NCBI GenBank assembly: GCA_000697335.1
Contig: JNEM01010683.1
Span: 1 to 35,738 of the forward strand
DNA length: 35,738 nt
Direction of reading: 5' to 3'
Source of the DNA: Conidiobolus incongruus B7586
Taxonomy: Eukaryota
This document shows positions 1 to 10,717 of the stretch, in pieces. Both the position numbers and the translations under genes were made by a program. Position 1 is the first letter of the stretch. Every line of letters begins with the position of its first letter. The notes beneath the pieces were generated by a model, which did not search any database, was not told the origin of the DNA, and saw only the letters and a list, made by a program, of their open reading frames with translations.

Positions 1-432
1 GGGGATACTAAAGAGGTCCAATTACAGAGCATTTTGAGTGGTGGGAATACTTTTGATATTATCATTTATGCTAAAGAATTTGCTAAAGCACAGTCACAAG
101 TGAAAGTATTGATTGACCACATCAACGATTTCAATAACCTGATTAACAGAACAAAATCGAATTATGGTCTTCAGCATCCTTTGATATCAATCAAGATTGT
201 TAGTCCCAAAATTCAGGCATTGGAACAAAATAATGAGAGCTCACCCCTTCAAGAATTTAATGAATACCTGTTCTACGAAGACCTGGATAACAGAATGAAA
301 GATCTACTTCCACTCGATTTAATGTTCAGTGATGCTATTTTCATCGTTAGACCAGATGGTTATATTGGGAAAATATGTTCACTTAACTACATCAATCAAT
401 TATCAGACTATTTTCAACACATTTTTGTATAA
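1..432 (+). CDS. FAD-dependent monooxygenase, 3' part (copy 1; 5' end outside window)
   Basis: Frame 1 is open from base 1: GDTKEVQLQSILSGGNTFDII...IVRPDGYIGKIC. It aligns with the C-termini of the two downstream paralogs. Stop TAA at 430-432. Confidence 0.9.
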   Translation, partial: GDTKEVQLQSILSGGNTFDIIIYAKEFAKAQSQVKVLIDHINDFNNLINRTKSNYGLQHPLISIKIVSPKIQALEQNNESSPLQEFNEYLFYEDLDNRMKDLLPLDLMFSDAIFIVRPDGYIGKICSLNYINQLSDYFQHIFV

Positions 433-1230
433 TTTCTTATATTATTTATTTTCTATTACAAATATATTAATATTCAGTAAATGAATTATATTTGAATTTT
501 AATCTTTTTGATTTTACTATAAATATAGTCGGTTTTTATATTTGATAGATCTGCATCCAAGTTCGTTATATATGAGATTCCACGAATGGAGTATTTTTTA
601 AAAATACATTTAGAGAAATTGCTATGAAATTAAAATTTGAATCATTGAATTAAACGATTTTGTATCAATTTTCAGTATTATAAAATATTGAATAATATAT
701 AGATTATAAATATATAATATACCTGAACCTGAATAAAAGGTAATAGAATGGATAATATTATTTTCCAATTTTATCTATTTTCTTCAGCGAATGTAGGCAA
801 AGTATAATTTGAAAAAAAATTCAATTTTTGAATCAAAAATAAATTAATAAAATTGAACATTTTTATAGTTAAACAGGTACCCTATTCATCAATATCACAT
901 ATTATAAAAACAGTTGGTCATCTATCAAGCTTTTAATGAAATACTATATAAATATTATCATTGGAAATATAAAATAGTTTAGTATTGATGGTTAATATTA
1001 TATATTACTGTAATCATTTGCACATTTTGAATTATTGTTTTAGTTTTCCTTTACCAAGTGTAAACTGTAAAACGCCTTGGATTCCATTTTTTATCAAATT
1101 TCTTTTGTAAAAGTTAATGCCCCTTTTTACAAATTATCATCAAGATTTAACAATACAAACAATTATCAAAATCCGATGATTTCATTGTGTAAAAATCAAC
1201 TTTAGAATTGGTTCCAAATTTGAAAATTTA

Positions 1231-1274
1231 AAATTCGGTCAACTTAAGAACTTAAAGTTGAAATAACCGAATTT
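1231..1274. promoter_or_regulatory. Inverted repeat AAATTCGGT...ACCGAATTT upstream of monooxygenase copy 2; putative transcription-factor site
   Basis: 9-bp arms carrying CGG/CCG. The left half (AAATTCGGTCAACTTAAGA) recurs, inverted, upstream of copy 3 at about 4804-4822. Confidence 0.45.
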
Positions 1275-1499
1275 AAATTGAATAAATTTAAATTTCTGGC
1301 GAAGATGGAAAAATGCGAGTGGATTACCTAATTAAGTTTATATTTAACTGATCAACATTTTAATGTTCAAATGAATTAGTTAAAATAATTCAAATGTTTT
1401 GGGATTTTTTAATGACTTAATTTTTATTCTTATATTGTGATTTCAATTAAATCAAAATAATTGAAGCGGTCCAAATTACCAAATGAAGAATTTTACCAA

Positions 1500-1507
1500 T
1501 ATAAATA
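1500..1507 (+). promoter_or_regulatory. TATA box of monooxygenase copy 2
   Basis: TATAAATA about 50 nt before the ATG. TATAAATAC with similar upstream context is conserved in copy 3. Confidence 0.5.
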
Positions 1508-1550
1508 CAAGTCACATCTATTAATTAACATATTAAATTATAGCATTGAA

Positions 1551-3248
1551 ATGAATTCAACATTACCGGTGTTAATTATAGGTGCAGGACCTACAGGATT
1601 AACCCTAGCTGTTCAGCTACAGAGATGCGGGACACCCTTTCGTATTATAGATCCCAAGCCTGAAGTTAGACAAGAGTCAAGAGCTTTTGGAATTCATTGT
1701 AGAACCATTGAAATATTTCGGCAATTGGAAGTATTGGATAAGATTCAAGAGAACTCTTCCCCATTCTTTTTTAAAATGAAGACTTATTATGAAGGAAAAC
1801 ATCTAGGTGATATTACTCTTCCTGACTCTGTATATCCAGATCCAAAGCCGATATTACTGCCGCAGTATTATACTGAGGTCTATTTGAGAGAGCACTTGAA
1901 CAAGTTCAATGTCGAGGTTGAGCAATTGGAGTTGGTATCATTTCATCTAGAGACAGATCACGTTATAGCATCCTTAAGAAATCCGAATAACCAAGATACT
2001 CAAATTGTAAACTGTCAGTATATGATAGGATGCGATGGTGCCCATAGCGTAGTCAGGAAGCAGCTCGGGTTGAAATTCCCAGGCATGGTCAGAGATCGTC
2101 AGTGGGTTTTAATTGATTTGGAGATGGACACAGATTTGGAGCCCAATCAAGGTTCAACATTCTGGACGAAGAAAGAAAATGTATTCTTCCTTCCCTTTAA
2201 GAATTTTTATCGATGTATTATAGATTATGGTGCTCTTGAAGAGGAGGTAGAAGTAACAGAAGAAAAGGTTATAGAAAAAATTCAAGAGTTGATGAAACCC
2301 AAGTTTATCAAGCCAAATAAAGTGTTATGGTTGAGTAAGTTTAAAATCAATGAAAGGATGGTCCCAATTAATCACCAGGGCCGAGTTATTTTATGTGGTG
2401 ATGCTGCTCATATCCATAGTCCAGCTGGAGGATTTGGGATGAATACAGGAATTCAAGATGCTTATCATCTTGGATGGATGTTAACATTAATGACATCTGG
2501 CGCGGTAGACTCAAAGGTATTTACTAATATCTATGGTGAAGAGAGAAAATTAGTTGCGAAGAAAGTGCTTAACGTGGCAGGAAGTGCTACTACCGCCATT
2601 ATTTCAAGAGGCACTTTCCTCATCGACTTTTCAAGAAGATATATATTTCCGATGCTTCTTAAATTTCCAATCCTTCCTAGAATCATTGTCACTACAGGAT
2701 CTGGTAAATATATCAAATTTCCCTCCAGTGTCTTGACACATCAACCACTTCTCCGTTGGATACCTGGATATAATAATTTAGTTGGTGAGAGGTTCCAAAT
2801 TCTACCATTGAAAAAATTAGGAGAATCTCAAACAGTCCAAATACAAAGTATTTTAAGTGGCCGTTATACTTTCGACATCATTATATATGTAAGAGATTTA
2901 CCCAAAGCCCATTCCCAAGTGAAATCATTAGTCCAATACATGAATGACCCTGATAATGTGATTAACAAGACAAGATCAAATTATAAATTAAACCATCCTT
3001 TGGCATCTGTGAAAATTATCAGTCCGAAAGTTCAACTAATTGACCAGATTGACGAAAGCTCACCACTTCAAGCATTTAATGGATGCACAATTTACGAGGA
3101 CTTGGAAAACAAAATGAGAAGATTGCTTCCCTTCCATCTCAAGTTTAGCAATGCTATCATAATCGTTAGACCAGATGGCTATATTGGAAAAATATGCCCT
3201 CTCAGAAATAATCAGGTGATAGGTTATTTTAAGCAGATTTTCCGATAA
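1551..3248 (+). CDS. FAD-dependent monooxygenase (PheA/TfdB, FAD_binding_3 type), copy 2, 565 aa, intronless
   Basis: GAGPTG Rossmann motif, CDGAHS, GDAAHxHSPxGGxGMNTGIQDA and C-terminal RPDGYIG. Start placed at ATG 1551 (MNSTLPVLIIG), identical to the copy 3 start. Confidence 0.93.
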   Translation: MNSTLPVLIIGAGPTGLTLAVQLQRCGTPFRIIDPKPEVRQESRAFGIHCRTIEIFRQLEVLDKIQENSSPFFFKMKTYYEGKHLGDITLPDSVYPDPKPILLPQYYTEVYLREHLNKFNVEVEQLELVSFHLETDHVIASLRNPNNQDTQIVNCQYMIGCDGAHSVVRKQLGLKFPGMVRDRQWVLIDLEMDTDLEPNQGSTFWTKKENVFFLPFKNFYRCIIDYGALEEEVEVTEEKVIEKIQELMKPKFIKPNKVLWLSKFKINERMVPINHQGRVILCGDAAHIHSPAGGFGMNTGIQDAYHLGWMLTLMTSGAVDSKVFTNIYGEERKLVAKKVLNVAGSATTAIISRGTFLIDFSRRYIFPMLLKFPILPRIIVTTGSGKYIKFPSSVLTHQPLLRWIPGYNNLVGERFQILPLKKLGESQTVQIQSILSGRYTFDIIIYVRDLPKAHSQVKSLVQYMNDPDNVINKTRSNYKLNHPLASVKIISPKVQLIDQIDESSPLQAFNGCTIYEDLENKMRRLLPFHLKFSNAIIIVRPDGYIGKICPLRNNQVIGYFKQIFR

Positions 3249-5041
3249 TCAGATGATATCTTTCATAGTAGTATAGTAATATTAAATAAATAATTTTATT
3301 AAATATGAAAATATAATTTAATAGTGAATCAAAAAAATTTTAACTTACTAAATATTAGCAAATATATCTCATTATGTTTATTGATTTTTCCAACATAATT
3401 CAAAATAATATGAATAATTTTAATATTAATTTTTTATTCTAATATTTCATTAATTGAAAAAAATCATGTTAAAAAGTTTTTGGATTCTGTATTTCATCCA
3501 TTATTATAACAAATCAAATTATTCCTAAAACAAAGATCAATTTTTTTCTTTTTATATCCAAATAATATAATCAATACTTGAAATATGTTCAAGTCCTAAT
3601 ATCATATTTAGGAAAATTATAAATCCTTTAAAGTATTCAATTATTATATCCAAATCAAATTCCCAAAATATATATAGTGTGATAAAATATTTACAGATTT
3701 CAAAATATTTTTTGTAAATGATCCATTTAAGAAATATATACTTATTCATAGTGAAATATTATTTAAAAATTATTTTGTATAATTAATAGTTTGACACTTG
3801 AATTTTTTTAAAATTTAAAAGCTTAATTAAGTCAATGATATCCACTAAAGAAGAATATATATTTAATATTTAATAGTTATATATAAGCAACAGTTAATAT
3901 CTTTAAATCATAACTCCCAATTTTCAGATATAATTTATATTGATGACTTCATTTTAATATTTAATATAAACTTGAAGAGATTCAGTTTATGTGAGTGAAT
4001 GCTTATATCGATGACTAGAGAATAACATATTTCAATTGAATTCTTTATTACAAAATTAAAAAATGAATAACAATTAAATAAAAATAAAAATAATTTTTAA
4101 TAAATTATTTTATTACTAGTTTAATCAATACCAAATCATTATTTCAATATCAATATTGTTATATTTAGAAATTTAAAAAAATCTACGAATAATAATTCAA
4201 TATGATAACTATTATTGAATTTAATTTTTATTAATATGATTATCTATATCGAGAAGACTTGGTTATTGCACCACTTCTAATCACATCCATTAATGTCATG
4301 ATTAATTCATTTTAGTTTACTAAAGCTTTATTCGTGGATATTTACCTCTATATTACATCATTAAAGATATTGATAAGATTTTCATAAAATTATTATAAAT
4401 TTAAACCAATATCAATTCACATTCAATCAACTTAATATTTAGAATGTCTACCTGTTAAAGAGTCTTGCATATTATTCACATCAAGGATTATGACATTAAT
4501 CATCATCTTTAAAACTCAATGTGAGATTAATTTCAATTATTAGGATGCCTCATTTTTATCGATTTTAGGAGCAATTATTTAATATAAAATATTTACATTG
4601 ATTAATATTATAAAAATACTAATTATATCAAAATTAAAAAATGATTAAATTATAGTATAGTGAACAAAATTAGGAAAATCAATTAAATTAAAAAACGCGG
4701 AATTTTATAAGGCTTTTAAGTACTAAAATATTATTGCGTTATTAGTCAAAAAGCTTTTTAAAAGTTTATCAGCAATGTTTCCTCGGCAATTCCAATTTAA
4801 AAATCTTAAATTGACCGAATTTGTTGGAAAGTGACAAATACCTAAATTGGATTGAATCCAGTGATTACTTTACCAAATTTAGGTCACATCTCACTCGGGA
4901 ACTGTAAATTTGCATTGTTTTAGTTGATTAAACATTAGTTCGGTAACTTTAGGATATTTTAACTACTTCATAATTTGAAGATTTTCATCAAAGTTATCAT
5001 GTACTGGGTGCTCCGAATTGCCATATTGAGAATTTGAGTAC

Positions 5042-5049
5042 TATAAATA
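5042..5049 (+). promoter_or_regulatory. TATA box of monooxygenase copy 3
   Basis: TATAAATA about 70 nt before the ATG, conserved with copy 2. Confidence 0.5.
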
Positions 5050-5110
5050 CCAGACTTGGTGTTGGTTTGACATCATAAATTATAAGTAACCTGATATTGT
5101 AAATAAGAAT

Positions 5111-6817
5111 ATGAATTCAACATTACCCGTTTTAATAATAGGTGCAGGACCTACGGGACTGTGCCTAGCGATCCAACTTCAAAGATGTGGTACCCCTTTC
5201 CGTATCATTGACCCCAAGCCTGAAGTGAGATTCGAGTCCCGAGCCTTTGGTGTTCATTGCAGAACCATCGAAATTTTCCGACAATTGGGAGTTTTAGATA
5301 AGATCAAAGAAAAAGCAACTCCTTTCGTATTTAGGATGAATATTTTTTATGAAGGAAAGCCTGTGGGCGGATTTCAGTTTCCGGATTCGGTATATCCAGA
5401 TCCCAAACCAATTATCATACCACAGTACTATACAGAAATGTATCTAAGAGAACATCTGGCCAATGTAGGCGTCGAAGTTGAGCAATTGGAGTTGGTGTCA
5501 TTTCAGCAAGAAACTGACCACGTTGTTGCTACCTTGAAACGTCCAAACGAAGAAGAGACTCTAACAATTGATTGCCAATATATGGTAGGATGTGATGGAG
5601 CTCGTAGTGTAGTCAGAAAGCAGCTCGGGTTTGCATTCCCAGGTATGATGAGAGATCGTCAGTGGGCTTTAATCGATTTAGAGATGGAGACTGATATGCA
5701 TCCTACTGAAGGGTCAGCTTTTTGGTCCTCCAATGAGAACATGTTTTGCGTTCCCTTTGACAATTTTTATAGATGCATTATCGATTATGGATCTCAAGAA
5801 GAGGAGATAGAAGTAACAGAAGAAAAGGTTATAGAAAAAATTCAAGAGTTGGTCAAACCCAAATTTGTCAGGCCTAAGAAAGTGTTATGGTTGAGTAAGT
5901 TTAAAATCAATGAAAGGATGGTCCCAATTAATCACCAGGGCCGAGTTATTTTATGTGGTGATGCTGCTCATATCCACAGTCCAATAGGTGGATTTGGGAT
6001 GAATACAGGAATTCAAGATGCTTATCATCTTGGATGGATGTTAACATTAATGACATCTGGCGCGGTAGACTCAAAGGTATTTACTAATATCTATGGTGAA
6101 GAGAGAAAATTAGTCGCTAAAAAAGTACTTAATGTGGCCGGTGGCGCAACTAATGCTGTAATTTCCAGAACCACTTTCCTGATCGACTTTGCAAGGAAAT
6201 ACCTCCTAGGACCTCTTCTTAAATTTCCAATCCTTCCTAGAATCATTGTCACTACAGGATCTGGTAAATATATCAAATTTCCCTCCAGTGTCTTGACACA
6301 TCAACCACTTCTCCGTTGGATACCTGGATATAATAATTTAGTTGGTGAGAGGTTCCAAATTCTACCATTGAAAAAATTAGGAGAATCTCAAACAGTCCAA
6401 ATACAAAGTATTTTAAGTGGCCGTTATACTTTCGACATCATTATATATGTAAGAGATTTACCCAAAGCCCATTCCCAAGTGAAATCATTAGTCCAATACA
6501 TGAATGACCCTGATAATGTGATTAACAAGACAAGATCAAAGTATAAATTAAACCATCCTTTGGCATCTGTGAAAATTATCAGTCCGAAAGTTCAACTAAT
6601 TGACCAGATTGACGAAAGCTCACCACTTCAAGCATTTAATGGATGCACAATTTATGAGGACTTGGAAAACAAAATGAGAAGATTGCTTCCCTTCCATCTC
6701 AAGTTTAGCAATGCTATCATAATCGTTAGACCAGATGGCTATATTGGAAAAATCTGTTCTCTTAGCAATCAAAATCAACTGAATTCTTATTTTAGTGAGA
6801 TTTTCTCAACATCTTAA
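5111..6817 (+). CDS. FAD-dependent monooxygenase, copy 3, 568 aa, intronless
   Basis: Same GxGxxG, DG, GDAAH and RPDGYIG motifs. Close paralog of copy 2. Confidence 0.95.
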   Translation: MNSTLPVLIIGAGPTGLCLAIQLQRCGTPFRIIDPKPEVRFESRAFGVHCRTIEIFRQLGVLDKIKEKATPFVFRMNIFYEGKPVGGFQFPDSVYPDPKPIIIPQYYTEMYLREHLANVGVEVEQLELVSFQQETDHVVATLKRPNEEETLTIDCQYMVGCDGARSVVRKQLGFAFPGMMRDRQWALIDLEMETDMHPTEGSAFWSSNENMFCVPFDNFYRCIIDYGSQEEEIEVTEEKVIEKIQELVKPKFVRPKKVLWLSKFKINERMVPINHQGRVILCGDAAHIHSPIGGFGMNTGIQDAYHLGWMLTLMTSGAVDSKVFTNIYGEERKLVAKKVLNVAGGATNAVISRTTFLIDFARKYLLGPLLKFPILPRIIVTTGSGKYIKFPSSVLTHQPLLRWIPGYNNLVGERFQILPLKKLGESQTVQIQSILSGRYTFDIIIYVRDLPKAHSQVKSLVQYMNDPDNVINKTRSKYKLNHPLASVKIISPKVQLIDQIDESSPLQAFNGCTIYEDLENKMRRLLPFHLKFSNAIIIVRPDGYIGKICSLSNQNQLNSYFSEIFSTS

Positions 6818-7140
6818 TTATTATTTGTGTGTTTGAATATTTCAGTCTTGAACATATCAAGCTACTGTAATATAATATTCTCAATATATCAATAAAAATG
6901 GATTTGGATAAAATTATATGGTATTGATAAGATAATTTCAGCATAGTATTGGGTTGGAAATTAAGAAATGGTACTTATTTTAATTTTTGGTATTTTAAAT
7001 ATACTAAAAATTTTGAACGTCAAAATTTAAATAAAGTAAATAAAAGAATACATAGAATAAAACTATATATAAATATATTTATTTACTTGTATTTGTTATT
7101 ATTATTTTTATTATTTGTAAATTTAGTGTTAAATTTAGAT

Positions 7141-8150
7141 ATTATTAAACCAGAGAGTGATTATTAAAAGTTCTTTATTTGGATATCATTAGAATCCAAC
7201 TACAGACCCCCTCTAAAATCATTTAAAATTGATAAGAAGCTCATAAAAATGAAGCTTTATTTAAAATTACAGTTTATCATTAGATTTGTGACTTTAAAAG
7301 TTAAATTAAGATTTACCAAAATTTAAATAATTAATTCTTATTACTATTTTTCTAATTATTAAAAAAGTAAAAAATTATATTTAAAATCACTATTTTGATT
7401 TATTAAAAAATCATTAAAAGACATTAAAATGAATTATAAAAGTATATTATATATATATATTGAAAAATAAACTTGGTTTAATTAATAAAAATATAAAATA
7501 AATATCTTATATTTTAAAACAAGTTTAAATAAAATTTAAGATAGATATAGCTATAAAGATCTTATCAGAATATAGCTAGAGACTTAAGCTTTAATATCAT
7601 ATTACTAAAACTAATGATTCTAAAATATTTTATATATTCCTTTATTTAAACCTAAATTAGAATTTTAAGTTAAATAAAACTAAACTTTTTAAAGATTTAA
7701 ATAAAAATATTTTGTTTATAAAAAAATAAATTTTAATAATAAATTATAATGATATAAAAGTATTTTATATAGTTATTAAAGTTTAAGAATTTATTAATAA
7801 ATAATATACTTCTTTTTTAAACAATATAATTTTTAAATGATTTTTTAATATTAATTAACAAAAATTATTATTTTTAATGATAATTATAAAATACATAAAG
7901 TTATAGCTATAAAAGTATTTCTTGATAAAAACAACTGGTAATAGCTACTATATATAATATATTCACCAGATTATAATTGGTTTAAACAATTAAGGGATAA
8001 GCTAATAGGAAAATAAATTATAATAAATAAATTAACTAGGGTTATGAAATATTATATTTCAGACTAAAATAAAGAAGACTATTTTCAAGTATCTAGAACT
8101 TGCCAATAATTTGACAACAACTTATTAATAAATAAAGAGAGTATAAATTC
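7141..8150 (+). mobile_element. Decayed mariner (DD34D) transposase relic A
   Basis: Manual translation: EALFKITVYH*ICDFK (HTH-like), KLGL...*ISYIL (WVPHxL), TNDSKIFY (first D), NDNYKIHK...FLDKNNW**LLYIIYSPDYN (YSPD at 7960-7971). Homologous to relic B. Ends approximate and TIRs not resolved. Confidence 0.75.
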
Positions 8151-8850
8151 TATGATATATATTACATTTAATTATATTTTATATCAAAATTATTTTTAAA
8201 ATCAATTTGAAAAAGGTGTTATTATTTAATTTCCCACCCAATAAAATCAATATTAGGAACAGTTCTTTCAATTATTAAAAATATACAATTATTAAATTAG
8301 GATGCTTTCATATATTGATTCAATTATCCTTATTATATTTAATTATATAAAGCATATATTAACTCCAACTAATCAATAATAATACAAAATGAGAGTGAAA
8401 GTAAAGTGAAAAAACAGTATAGATGAATTGATTAAATATTTTCAAAATTTTGTGATATTCATTATGATTCTAACAAAAATTCTGATATCATGATTTTTTG
8501 ATTTATTTTCATAATTCAATTGAGACTTTGATTTTTGATAATATAATAAATAAATTGCTATATTTTTATATTTATATGAAAATACTATTAATTATTCAAT
8601 AAAACAAAGAATTTTTGAAATTGATATGTGTTATAAAATGATTTAATAATGAAAAATTCTTAAAAAAGTATTCTATTCATTAAACACTATATAGTTTAGT
8701 AATTAAATAATTTATAAAATAATTTGAGATATTAATGAATCTAATGGTTTTTTTACTAGATATAATTATTTAATATTTATAATATATTAAATTCATATTA
8801 ATGATAATTTTTCAAGAAAAAGGGATTATAAAGACACTCCACCACCGAAA

Positions 8851-9817
8851 ATGACCCTAGAGGAAATTAAAGAGGAGCTGAAACTTTACGGTCAGAGTAC
8901 GAAAGAAAATAAGAATGAATTGTCGCAAAGGTTAACACTCTTTAGGAGGATTAATAAGAGGATTGCAACAATCAAGGAGCAGAGATAATATTAATCTCGT
9001 TTAATTTTTCAAGTTATATTGATCAATTGATTTATTTAGTGATAAAATAAGAGGCAAATCTCAAACAAATTATGCATGCATTGTAGATTTTTAAGCTACA
9101 TACAATCCAGGCGTACTCTCCATATTAGATCACAATAAAATTTTTTAATTCCTTGCTGTTTCGATAGATTTTTTAGTTGAATCTACAATAATATAAATTT
9201 TGAATTTTTAATAAATTAATAATAGTTGGATAGATCTCAATCTTGCATTGATATATCAAAGCATCTCTCAAACTTATTTTAACAGATTTTTATAGAAAGT
9301 TGGAAATGGTTCTTTAAGTAATAATAATCATTCAATTATATGTTTAATTATAAATAAGCAAACATTAGCATAAGAAATCATTGACAAAAATAACGATGTC
9401 TCCATAATACTCATAAAATTCAACAACTGGATAGACAATTACATTGCTAAATCTGACAGCGCTATGACATTCGGCTATATTACATTCGTAACTCATGGCT
9501 TAACAGATTTTGGCAGTTACCTACAAACCGAATTTCAGAATAACAAAATTAAATGAAGAAAGATACTCGCCACACTAGTTAATTCCATTGACTTAGGATT
9601 GTTGATGCTCAAAGCATCTCAAAGCTTAATGAATTCATGGTCCCTTCCTACGTCACACTCATTGGAATGTTGAAGATCATTGAATTGGAATTTTAAAGTT
9701 ACACTTACAGTGGGATTGACGATGCTAAAAAATTTGACTAGTGTTGCCGAGCGATTACTGCAGTAAGGCCATCATTTGAGTCCGAATTCCAAATTTTCAC
9801 TGCTGGTTGGCATATGA
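8851..9817 (+). pseudogene. ERI1: ERI1/3'hExo-like SAP domain + DEDDh 3'-5' exonuclease pseudogene
   Basis: SAP-like MTLEEIKEELKLYGQSTKENKNELSQRL (from 8851). Then YACIVDF*AT, KIF*FLAVSID, YIKASLKLILTDFYRKL, FVTHGLTDFGSYLQTE, LIGMLKIIELEF*SYTYSGIDDAK, matching the ERI1 motifs DFEATC / EIIEFP / FVTDGxWD / FEGRxHSGxDDA. Multiple stops and frameshifts. Confidence 0.8.
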
Positions 9818-10224
9818 TTATGTGGGTTTCAATTTTATTAATTGAATTTAAATAGATTAAATTAAAATGATTTTTCATACTAACAGAATAAAATTGATAA
9901 TTTAATTTTTTTTATTTTATAAATGATTAGTGAGTAAATACTATTTAATAATAATTGTTTTACCAATTTTTAAATCTTTTGATGATTTATTCTTAAATTG
10001 AGCTGGATAATTGAAAATAATTGGTGTAAAGATTTTTAAGAGTGTAAAAATTAAGAAAATGCAAATTAAAAATTAAGAGGATAAATATTGTTATATTCAT
10101 CAAATAGGTATAATATAATAACCATAATAATCAAATTTTTATTAAAAAAATTGATGAAATGGTGAAAAAATATAAAATATGAATATTCAGAGGTATATCA
10201 ATGTTATTATATATCTTTTATTAT

Positions 10225-10297
10225 GCGTCAGTATTATAATTATTAGAATATTTCTCCTTCCAAGCGAGTGGTTTGAGTTTGATTCCCAGCTGGCACA
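10225..10297 (+). pseudogene. tRNA-Gly(TCC) pseudogene
   Basis: GCGTCAG...CTGGCACA acceptor ends, CCTTCCAAGCGAG anticodon region and GTTTGATTCCCAG T-arm. The D-loop GG is lost and TTCGA has become TTTGA. Confidence 0.7.
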
Positions 10298-10692
10298 ATA
10301 ATCAACTTTTCACTTTTTAGTATTGTTTTTTGTACTAAATACTATTTTAATATAAATATTGTATACCTTAAATTTGCTAAATAAAAATTAATCATCCTAT
10401 TTATCGTACTAATAATTTTTACACAATTTACTACTAAAATCATATTTTCAATTTTATTTCTATCTTCATTCAATAATATTTATCCTTGAATTAGGAATAT
10501 TTTTTCAATAATAAAAATCAAAAATTGAAGCTTTGGTCATTTAATATTAATCTAATAACATTATTATGATATATTTCATTCAGTTTTCACAATATATCCT
10601 AATGTTTAAAATTTTGTTTCAAATTTGAATATAACATCAATTTATTTATTATTTTGGTATTTTATTCAATAAATTTAATATCGTATACAAGG

Positions 10693-10717
10693 TAATAATA
10701 ATAATAATAATAATAAT
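10693..10717. repeat. (TAA)n microsatellite
   Basis: About 8 tandem TAA units. Confidence 0.8.

Noticed and set aside
1461..1550. 30-aa N-terminal extension of monooxygenase copy 2 in the ORF track
   Set aside because: It begins at TTG and overlaps the TATA box. The paralog starts at the MNSTLP ATG.
3552..3749. Short AT-rich ORFs (also 6949-7167)
   Set aside because: I/F/Y/K/N-biased composition expected from AT-rich noncoding DNA.
9086..9766. TAA reassigned to Glu (alternative genetic code)
   Set aside because: Intact genes here end in TAA and use GAA/GAG normally. The locus also has frameshifts and TGA stops.
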